From positions 322,958,001 through 323,022,000 of the forward strand of contig OZ024742.1 of the NCBI GenBank assembly GCA_964016885.1: a stretch of 64,000 bases of DNA, in the 5' to 3' direction. Below, piece by piece: positions 54,584 through 64,000 of this stretch (its first letter is position 1; each line of letters starts with the position of its first letter). A program made the position numbers and the translations under genes. The notes beneath the pieces were generated by a model that did not search any database, was not told the origin of the DNA, and was given only the letters and a program-made list of their open reading frames with translations. The stretch is from Eledone cirrhosa. Its lineage: Eukaryota.

Positions 54584-55445
54584 GCGTGCGTGCGATTAGA
54601 TATACATGTGCCTATATATGTGCTTTGTGTGTATGTATGCGCGCCTTTGTATGTATGTACGCATGTCTGTGCTTTTGTCTGTACGTATTTATATATATGT
54701 GTACGTACGAACCTATGTTTTCTATTTTTTCTAGTGTTATTTTATAATTGATAACCTTACTTTCTCTTTGATTTAAAATTTTTTTTATTCTCATATATTT
54801 TTTCATTTTTACATGTATCGACCTTCAGACTGACACTGCTTTGACTGATACACTCCCTTCCCTGTATTTATCACTCGCATGTATGTCGCGCGTGTGTCTG
54901 TGTTTATACGCGTGCTTTCATACTTGTATGTGTATATATTTCAATCCTCAATACCTGAGTCTGGATGTACGTTAACTCTATTATCTTACAATTTCTTTTT
55001 CAACATGTATTATATACGTATTTGTGGTCACACATACACTGATATGATTGCCCTCATATATGTACTTACGCACACATTTTTTCACTATACACATGCATTT
55101 GTACATACACACATATGTACATTTGTGAGTGAATATACACACATTTATACACATACCCTAACTATATTTCCTTATTTTATTTTTATATATCTCTTGCATT
55201 ACTTGTATTTATATATTTTTTTGCCCGTTAAACTTTTGCCTTTCTTGAGGAGATTTTTCAAATATTTCACTGTTTTAAATTTCCTTGTCCGACGAATGAA
55301 TGAGGACGTTTCTTGTATTCGGGAAACATCTGGTAATGAGGTAATTATATTGTATTGTTTATTATACATTAAATTTAGCTCTGGTACTTACATAGAGCAC
55401 TCTTCACTCCTATGACTCTTTCAATTTTCAACGGAAACTTCAATA

Positions 55446-55448
<3 letters not shown>
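53060..55448 (+). mobile_element. Penelope-like element, 5'-truncated (RT thumb + GIY-YIG endonuclease to about 54070, then 3' tail)
   Basis: NVNFLDINLDL, KPYHKPN, SCHPP, RKRKIIWFTPP, CFCRVKSECPLQGKC, YVGMT..FKTRY..H, CALCISEK; ends at (TA)n 55449-55518; tail extent is inferred. Confidence 0.85.
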
Positions 55449-55520
<72 letters not shown>

Positions 55521-55746
55521 ACGGTTAGCTTTCCTCTTTGTTGTTACTTGTCTCACTCGCTTTACGCGTTTTAATTGTCCTAATAACTTAATTTAGTTAT
55601 TATTGCACCAACGTGAGGTATATGATTTTTAATGCAATGAAATATCTATGATCGTTGGCAAATCACTGATGAGGGACTCATTTTATAACATGTTATCCAT
55701 GTGCAACCTGCAGTATTCTTCTCCCCATTTTTTCATATATATATAT

Positions 55747-56504
55747 ATATTAATTCAAAATATTAACAAAAATAGACATTCGTGTGATCAAGTATATTTT
55801 ATTATACATATTTCAGAGGTACTGAGCTATCTTCAACAGAACGTCCTCATCAGATAAAATAAGATGATACATGACATACCCTGACTTAGTAGATGGTTAA
55901 GATTCAGTCATGGTAGTGAATAAGATATGACAAAACTCAATATTTATATACCTTAAGATGGAACATGAAAAAATTTACATATAATACAGAGGGTGCGTGT
56001 GAGAAAGCTTAAAAATACATAATAGCAATTTACATAACTGTTAGAGATTCAAATAATTTAAATTATTGAAGAAAGAGGAAAGACAGAGAAACAGATGAGG
56101 AAAAAATATAGTTACTAGAAATATAGAAAGCAAAAGAGAATTGAGGAATAATTTTTATAGTATAAAGCATAGGGAGGGAGATTTGTATTGTCGTGGATGA
56201 ATAGGGTGTGATTAGATGATGCAAAAATATATATATCTATATAAATACATGAATATATATTTGGGCATAGCTTTGTGAAAGAGTAAACTCGAATCTTTGA
56301 ATTATCTAGAAGTATCCACCAATCTAAATATTAAATATATCTGGGTGTAATTATATGAGGGTTTAATTTCGAGTCCTTAGTTAATTAGAAATATACTAAC
56401 AATTAATTATATACACTATATATATCCAAACGTATCCGGCTGACCGTTAAATTTCGAATCATTTATGTTAGTTCAGAATAATGAATTAATCTAAAGGTAT
56501 AATA
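55747..56504 (+). repeat. Outer inverted repeat, left arm (decayed Penelope RT sequence)
   Basis: Reverse complement of 61535-62306 with few substitutions and two small indels; residual KLESLNYLEVSTNLN and ISKRI motifs. Confidence 0.93.
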
Positions 56505-56535
56505 TTTCAGGCTATAAAAGTTTATAAATATCTAT

Positions 56536-57631
56536 ACCAGATAGAAAAATGCGTACAGCAAAAAAAAAGTAATATTGTTGGAATATAAACCTTTAAAAAT
56601 ACAGGACAAGAAACTAAAATAAAACTTTAAAAGAATAGGACAAGAAACTAAGATAAAACTTTAAAAGAATAGGACAAGAAACTAAGACAAAACTTTAAAG
56701 AATTGGACAAGAAATAAAAAATTTTACAATAATATTAGTGGCAAAATTTTTATTGGTAAAAAATCGAGTTCCACATTCATAGGCTCTGGGTTCCACATTC
56801 AGAGGTCGTCGTCAGACCGGGGGGATCATTTGATCCTGGTTTGAACACCAATTGGGCCATAACCATACCCCTATTTCATCATTCGGCGACACGCCTCATG
56901 TGTCATGCATAATGTGAATGGACCCATGGGCCCATGAGCACAGATCTTGAGCAGCAGCGGACGGTCTTGTCGTCCCGCTCATCCTTGATCTTGACCAACC
57001 CGTCCATCTTCTCCTTGCATGTTGTCCTTGAGTTCAAGTCCGGCAGTCCAGATGAATGCGTGCCACAGCTTTCTGGTACAGGAAGGGGGAGCAGGAGGAC
57101 TGGAGGGATGACGGGACAGAGGGAGGGAGGACCGGTGGTTGAGGGAGGTGCCGTAGTCGGTGGTCAGAGTCGACATCTTGTCCCGGTCGTCTTCTCCATC
57201 TTCGTCTGGTGTTGCGGGACCAGAAGTGCATTCTTGGAGGAGACCTGCAGCTGCATCGGCCAATTCTTCTCGCAATGGTCATTCTGACGGAGCAGAACAG
57301 CTCAGCCAACCAACCCCAACCAGAACCAATTGCTCAGGGGCAACGCACAATGAGAGCATGACAATTATTATGCACTAATCAAGAAGATACTGGGGCATAG
57401 CACAGGAAACGAATAAAAAAATGTTGCCACTAATATTATTGTAAAATTTTTTATTTCTTGTCCAATTCTTTAAAGTTTTATCTTAGTTTCTTGTCCTATT
57501 CTTTTAAAGTTTTATCTTAGTTTCTTGTCCTATTCTTTTAAAGTTTTATTTTAGTTTCTTGTCCTCTATTTTTAAAGGTTTATATTCCAACAATATTACT
57601 TTTTTTTGCTGTACGCATTTTTCTATCTGGT
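56536..57631. mobile_element. Foldback-like cassette: about 220-bp TIRs (56536-56755 / 57412-57631) with internal ~32-bp tandem subrepeats around a GC-rich ~650-bp core
   Basis: accagatagaaaaatgcgtacagc... mirrored by ...gctgtacgcatttttctatctggt; unit aggacaagaaactaa.ataaaactttaaaagaat repeated 3-4 times in each arm. Confidence 0.85.
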
Positions 57632-57904
57632 CTACTATTTTTTAAGGCAATGCAAGCAACAACTATCTAATAATTAAATGATCATAGTGAATTACTGACA
57701 AGTGATTGACATTTTAAAGTTCTTTTGAGTATAATTGCAATCTAGTTGAGGCAACTGGCTTAATGACAAAGCTAGTAAATCATGAATGCATTTGAGATGA
57801 TTAGTGCATAATAGTGAATTGGTGAAACTTGTGCATTTCAATGGTGTTACAACAATAGATGTAAGTTATATAGTAGTAATACTTTATCATTTTAACTTTT
57901 TAGA

Positions 57905-58264
57905 ATGGACAAAAACCCATGCAAAGAAATGACTTTGACTGCAATGATTCTCTCCAATTTACTTACAAAGCAAAACGTGGTCAAATACCTTATCATCTCT
58001 GATAAAATGCCCATTGAATCACTGAAAATCGGATGCATGGAATTCCTCATAAAATGCACCTATGAATCGGAAGCCATCACATATATCAATGGATATAGGG
58101 AGTTGTTCACACTGGAAGACCATCACTTCATTTGTGACTTCATCAGTTATCTCCACGATTATCTCAGACACCCAATGTCATTAATGAGAGGTGATCCAAT
58201 GTGTGAGCATGTAACTAATCTTATAGAAGTTGTTATCGATCACCTGGCTTTTAGTGACATTTGA
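57905..58264 (+). CDS. Small protein (119 aa) resembling a stand-alone SPOP/BPM-type BACK domain
   Basis: Open ATG-TGA frame in AT-rich DNA; LSNLLTKQNVVKYLIISDKMPIESLKIGCMEFL...INGYRELF resembles SPOP [33 protein letters not shown]...SGWKSM; AATAAA at about 58341. Confidence 0.55.
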   Translation: MDKNPCKEMTLTAMILSNLLTKQNVVKYLIISDKMPIESLKIGCMEFLIKCTYESEAITYINGYRELFTLEDHHFICDFISYLHDYLRHPMSLMRGDPMCEHVTNLIEVVIDHLAFSDI

Positions 58265-58435
58265 CTGATAATGATGTATTTTTAAAAAGTATGTGTACAT
58301 TCTTGTTACTATTTTAAGGCAATGCAAGCAACAACTATTTAATAAAATTTAAATTTAAAAATGACCATTGTGCATTACTAGTATGATGACATTTTATTAA
58401 GTTACAAAATTAGTCAGTCAGCCATAGAACAAGGA

Positions 58436-59231
58436 TCAGGTTGCAAAAACATTGGCAAAAATTTGTGTCAATTTAAGATTTCCAACATTGTTCAAATGAA
58501 TCATATCTGGTTTGAAGTCAGATTTGTCAAATTTTGACCAATTTTCAATGTTGTGAAGATTGGGCAAGTTCAATTTTTGAATCATTTCTTTCATGCAGTA
58601 ATTAAACTTTTCTAAACGAGAATTTCTCTTGCCCAAGTCATTTTTATTTTCAATTACACTTTGTGGACGTGGAATGACACCACTGTAGAAAATGGGTGTA
58701 CAGTGGTGCTTTTCCGCTATTTTCTGTAGCCTTGCAAAGAGACTCTTCCCCTGTTTTTCCGGTTTTGTGCCTCGAATGGGCACTTTGTCCTTAATTTACA
58801 AATAAATGATTAATAAAAAATACTTGGGCAAAAATTATTGTATTACTTTGCACAGCTTTGTAGTGTCAACGGTGCGACGAGGATTCAGATCATTAGAGCC
58901 GACATGAACCACCAATACTTTCACAAAAGGACAACAGATAACAATGTTGGCGATTAACATTACCTGGCCCTGACGGGCCCCAGGTATACAAAATATCTAA
59001 GTATTTTTGTTGGTATGATAAGTAAATACATTTGAATTAATATTTTTATACCTTCTGGTCATTCGATTTCGCCACATTTCTAATTATGGATTTGTAAAAT
59101 CTGGCATGAATGTGAATTTGATCAGTCCAATTGCCCGATTTTAGTGAAAAGTTTTGATTCGAAATGGAAATACTCCATTTCCGTGCCATGGAAAAAATGA
59201 ATAAGCCGATCAAAAAGCCGCGAAACATCAT
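58436..59231 (-). CDS. SGNH/GDSL hydrolase-like protein, 227 aa, exons 59231-59052, 58996-58847, 58789-58436
   Basis: Two phase-0 GT-AG introns (55 and 57 bp) join an open frame with KSIIRNV (block I-like), CIPGA (II), VVHVGSND (III), YSGVIPR and DMIHLNNVG (V); hydrophobic N-terminus. Confidence 0.8.
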
Positions 59232-59269
59232 TTTTAATTAAGCGAAATTAGTGGATGCAAATCTCAGAA

Positions 59270-59706
59270 AATATTGTACACTATTTGCACCTATCGCACT
59301 ATTCGCACCTATTGGTACAAAAATATAGCGCACTATTCGCACCTATCGGTACAAAAAATCGCACGACTGTTAATAATACTAGAAGTGTAAACTATCTGTT
59401 GAATACCTGGTATATGAAGAGCAACCGATACGATCGGTCGGCGATCTGTCTTGATGAAGAATGAAGTGAAATTTTGGTCTGGTTGTTTTCATCGGTGTTT
59501 CGCAGAGATGCCGGCACGAACAAAGGTGTCAGTGACACAAAGTTGTCCGCTTGAACAAAGGTGTCGGTCCGACAAAGGTGTCAGTCAGACAGACAGTCAG
59601 ACAGTGTCACAGTCGGTGCGACAAAGCGATCGATGCGATTAAAAAAAATTTAACTCACATGTTTACCTATATTTTCGCAAACTATTGATAGATTGGTACA
59701 AAAAAT
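59270..59706. repeat. Short motif arrays upstream of the SGNH gene
   Basis: cactatt.gcacctat x3, ggtacaaaaa x3, acaaag.tgtc x4, cagtcagaca repeats. Confidence 0.7.
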
Positions 59707-59894
59707 AGTATATTGTCTAAAGTTCAAGACGATATTAGTCAGTTATACATAACATAATATAATATAATATAATAAATAAGTTACTGTTAATATTGTTAAA
59801 ATTAAGATTTTAGATCAATTATTATATTAGGATCATGTAATACATATATACTATAAATATACAAATCAAACTTCATGAATCATAAGGATAAGAA
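59707..59894 (+). repeat. Inner inverted repeat, left arm (pairs with 61026-61213)
   Basis: 188-bp reverse-complement match; covers the decayed GIY-YIG start. Confidence 0.92.
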
Positions 59895-59949
59895 CCAGAT
59901 TCAAAGTATATAAGTAAATTGTTTGCGATCATATAAGTGCCAAATAATA

Positions 59950-60700
59950 ATAAGTGCTATATAATTTAAAAATACAATAAAATTTTTAAGGATCTATATT
60001 GTAGTATAATATCATATTTAAAGTGTCTGCAAACATGAGAAAGAGAAAACATAAGATTTTCATCGACCCGAAGGTAACCCGAATTTAATTAAATTAAAAA
60101 ATAATAATCGTTATATAATTTAGAAAATATTTAACAATTATAACACTAGAATGTCCTTAAGTATCTAAAGTACTTATAAATGTAGCTAGAAGCATGATAT
60201 TAAACTAGATATTCACATTTGTCCAAATATATACAGAGTATTCTGTCCGGAACTCAAAACGATATTAATGATCCATATACATATAATAAATAATAAATAC
60301 AATCATTGTTAGTAAAGTTATAATTGAAATTTTACATCAAGTTAAGTGGAAAAAGTTTGTCGACTTGGATCGTGTGCGACGCATATACCATAAATATATA
60401 TAAATCAAACATCCTGGATCTTAAAACTAACATACTCCAAAAGAATAAATACATAAATGCATGAATGGTTTACGGTTCATTACAACTGTTAACCATATAA
60501 GCTATATATATTAAAAAAAAAAATACAAGAATCCCAATCAAATTAAATGTATCTACACAATCAAATGATATGCATATTCATCAAGAGATCATGTTAACAA
60601 TCTATATGTTTATATATTTATATAGAACCCTTAATCTAACATTAATCATATCATAAATGATTAAAAAATTATTATAAGGTTTTATAATCTGTTATAACAT
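59950..60700 (+). mobile_element. Second, diverged decayed Penelope-like copy
   Basis: Colinear patchy similarity to the reverse complement of 61026-61545 (gcaaacatgagaaag, agaatg..ttaa.tatctaaag, catttgtc.aaatatataca, aaatcaaac). Confidence 0.6.
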
Positions 60701-60748
60701 TTTATGCACTCTGTTGATAAGAGACGTCAAAAATTAGAACCTATTTAT

Positions 60749-62400
60749 TTAGTGTTTTTTCCTGACTTTTTGCGAGGCTTGGAATGTAGAGGGAGCTTTA
60801 TGAAGGCAATTTGAGAATAATTCACTTTTTTTGTTAATTAAATTTTCATAATTAGTGATTATTAATAGGGTCTCCATAGTACAGAGATTGCAGTTATGTG
60901 ATGTTGAAGAATTCAAGTAGATTCGACTATTACACAGCTTCGACCAAGAAATCGAGTATTTAAAATGTTTGTCTTTTAACGACCATATAAGTTGTGATAA
61001 AGAAGTCGAAGATTTCCTATTAGGATTCTTATCCTTATGATTCATGAAGTTTGATTTGTATATTTATAGTATATATGTATTACATGATCCTAATATAATA
61101 ATTGATCTAAAATCTTAATTTTAACAATATTAACAGTAACTTATTTATTATATTATATTATATTATGTTATGTATAACTGACTAATATCGTCTTGAACTT
61201 TAGACAATATACTCTTTGTATATATTTAGACAAATGCGTATACCTAATTTAATAATACCCTTTTTTAAGTTTAATTATAAGGCCTTTAGATATTTTAAGG
61301 CATTCTAATTGTTAATTTTAAATTTTTAAAGTTATAACTGTAATTATTTTCTAAATTATATAATGAGAATTATTATTTTAATATAACATTTTAAAAAAAT
61401 ATATAATATAAGATAATATAATTTAATATGGATTACCTTTGTGTGGATGAAAATACTAAGTCTCTTCTTTCTCATGTTTGCAAATACTTTAAATATGATT
61501 TTATAAATTAAATATGTTAGTCTTTAGATTAATTTATTATACCTTTAGATTAATTCATTATTCAATAAATGATTCGAAATTTAACGGTCAGCCGGATACG
61601 TTTGGATATATATAGTGTATATAATTAATTGTTAGTATATTTCTAATTAACTAAGGACTCGAAATTAAACCCTCATATAATTACACCCAGATATATTTAA
61701 TATTTAGATTGATGGATACTTCTAGATAATTCAAAGATTCGAGTTTACTCTTTCACAAAGCTATGCCCAAATGTATATTCATGTATTTATATAGATATAT
61801 ATATTTTTGCATCATCTAATCACACCCTATTCATCCACGACAATACAAATCTCCCTCCCTATGCTTTATACTATAAAAATTATTCCTCCTTGTCTCTCTA
61901 TCCCTGATCAATTCTCTTTTGCTTTCTATACTTCTAGTAACTATATTTTTTCCTTATCTGTTTCTCTGTCTTTCTTCTTTTTTCAATAATTTAAATTATT
62001 TGAATCTCTAACAGTTATGTAAATTGCTATTATGTATTTTTAAGCTTTCTCACACGCACCCTCTGTATTTTATGTAAATTTTTTCATGTCTCAATCTTAA
62101 GGTATATAAATATTGAGTTTTGTCATATCTTATTCACTACCATGTCTGAATCTTAACCATCTACTAAGTCAGGGTATGTCATGCATCATCTTATTTTATC
62201 TGATGAGGACGTACTGTTGAAGATAGCTCAGTACCTCTGAAATATGTATAATAAAATATACTTGATCACACGAATGTCTATTTTTGTTAATATTTTGAAT
62301 TAATATTAATAACTCCGGAAAACCAATCTTGTTGAGTGCTTGCAATCTATTGTAAAACTCATTCTTTGATTTATTCATTGAACCTTGTTTAACCTTTAAT
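60749..62400 (-). mobile_element. Heavily decayed Penelope-like element (RT + GIY-YIG); includes the right arms of both inverted repeats
   Basis: ORF 60749-61045 STSLSQLIWSLKDK..ISWSKL..CNLCTMET..LINKKSELFSNCLHK is a typical PLE endonuclease C-terminus; upstream RT motifs are degenerate; ends near (TA)n. Confidence 0.75.
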
Positions 62401-63430
62401 ATATATATATGTCAATCTCTCAGCCTACCGATTTCTATCTACCTTTGTCTTTCAGTTCTTGTTTTTCAGTTTGTTCTGTTGCATAACGACTGAAGTTGAT
62501 ATTTAAATTGTCGGAATACGTGCTGTTTCTATTCCGCCCACCACCTCTACTGTCTCATTATTCCACTCTCCCATCCTCTGGCTATTGTCTGATCAACAGC
62601 CACTTTAAACACTGACTAAACAACAATGAAATCACGAACATAGCCATCAACTTTCATAACGCCATTACCACCATCGCCATCACAACTACCAACGACAACA
62701 ACCTTCATGTCAAGATATCCCTAGCCCTAGAGTCTCTACGTAGTCGCTGAAATCACGCACAAGCATCTTCCTAGGAGCATCCAACAATTGTGTGTTTAAC
62801 TCATAATTTGCTAAGGCGGTGTAATGAGTCGTAGTTACAGCTCACATCTATGAATGTTTTAGCTGGCTTTCTACGATGAGGTTTCTTTGGTATTTTAATA
62901 CTAGGGGCACTAGTTCTACCATGCATCTTTCTCAACAACACAACCTGCAGAAATCGAACCCACAACCTATCCACTAGACCACGTGCTTTCACGGTGCAAT
63001 GAGAAAAGAACGAAAGAGGCGGGGAGACCTGTTTAGAGACTCTAGTTTAATGGGGCCCTGAATCATGTCATATCATAGCTACGGTAACTCCCAGATCAGC
63101 AAATAATCACGCCTGACTATTAATTATTATACTTCTTATTGTATAACTTTGCAACACACACGTCAAATTATGTGCTTTATTATACCACTTATATACTGTA
63201 ATGTAGTGATAAGCTTTATAATCTCTAACGTGGAAATTCCGTTTCACTCACTAATTCAGAATTAGTGGCCATGCGTGGAAAACATGGTACATGAAAATAT
63301 TTAATACAATTTTTTGTTAGTGATTTTATTTTAAAAAATGCCAAACCTTTCACAAAATACTTACAAAAGAAGAAATAAAAATGTTCCTTAAAACTTTTTC
63401 TTTTCCCTTATACAAAGTATTTATCTAGTG

Positions 63431-63597
63431 CAGTGGTTCCCAAAGTGGGTTCTGCAAAGGAGTGTCTGGGGTTCCGTGAAAAAAGGTAGAGGACTATATT
63501 TATATTACGACCATATAACAGTATTAGACTTTGGAGTTCCCCCAAAAGTTTCAAAACCAAAAAGGGTTCCGCGTTTAAAAAAGTTTGGGAAACCCTG
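63431..63597. mobile_element. hAT (Charlie-like) MITE
   Basis: CAGTGGTTCCCAAA...TTTGGGAAACCCTG; TSD-like atctagtg/atccagtt. Confidence 0.7.
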
Positions 63598-64000
63598 ATC
63601 CAGTTGATATGATTTGTAAAAGAAACAAATGAATAGGGATGTATCAGAGAGAAAAATACAAGATGATGTGTCTATCCCTTGTGGCAAATAAAGAAATATA
63701 TCTAAATTACACTTGACAACAAGTTTCATTTTTTTAGCAAGCCAACACACTCACGGCATTTCCACAGGTAATTGACTATCAGCTCCAAAAAAGCAATGCG
63801 TGTATTACTTTGATCTCTGAGTTTACTGATATTGCCTGTCATTAAAGACTCTTAGCTCTGACCATTTGATTAAAATGGTAGCAATATGTATTTTAACAGT
63901 GCCATCAAAGACTCGAAACAGGCTTCTTTAAGAATGCGTCTAAACACTTTGTTCTTTTTCTACATAAAATAATTCGTAAAATACAAATATAAAAAAAAAT

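Noticed and set aside
54415-55415. ORFs of 100-180 aa rich in Y/I/C/V/H/T
   Set aside because: Translations of (TA)n/(TG)n/(CA)n low-complexity DNA.
56600-56720. ~32-bp repeats resembling a CRISPR array
   Set aside because: Head-to-tail tandem units with no unique spacers, no cas genes, eukaryotic context.
56934-57378. Overlapping ORFs in the GC-rich core as a defined gene
   Set aside because: No recognisable domain; open frames on both strands are expected from composition. Kept only as an unexplained region.
62200-62245. CTGATGA-stem-GAAA hammerhead-like core in the outer inverted repeat
   Set aside because: Stem II forms but no convincing stem I/III; it lies antisense within decayed RT sequence and the other arm has a stem mismatch.
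55747-62306. Polinton/Maverick call based on long TIRs
   Set aside because: No polB, integrase, ATPase or capsid ORFs, no AG-repeat termini or 6-bp TSD, and the arms are PLE-derived.

Overview
Eukaryotic, AT-rich, repeat-dense genomic DNA. The SINE/RTE repertoire suggests a coleoid cephalopod such as Octopus (inference). Three host genes lie on the + strand: the last 10 coding exons of ANKLE2 (920-25772; 5' end outside the window), a 2-exon NAD(P)-binding extended SDR/epimerase with a signal peptide and C-terminal KEEL (34793-38431), and an intronless RPF1 (47245-48195). The rest is mostly mobile DNA: RTE LINEs carrying a PHD-like finger (one nearly full length), tRNA-head/Nin-type SINEs, Penelope-like remnants, a complete but dead Merlin transposon with TIRs and 8-bp TSD, plus mariner, CRE, hAT, piggyBac and Helitron-type pieces. 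The most unusual region is 55747-62400. It is a nested palindrome built from a heavily decayed Penelope-like element whose two inverted arms are nevertheless nearly identical. The arms enclose a ~3.2-kb insert with a foldback cassette, a stand-alone SPOP-type BACK-domain ORF, and a hidden 3-exon, 227-aa SGNH/GDSL hydrolase gene with 55- and 57-bp introns that the ORF track does not join. All identities and alignments are by eye; no database search was run.
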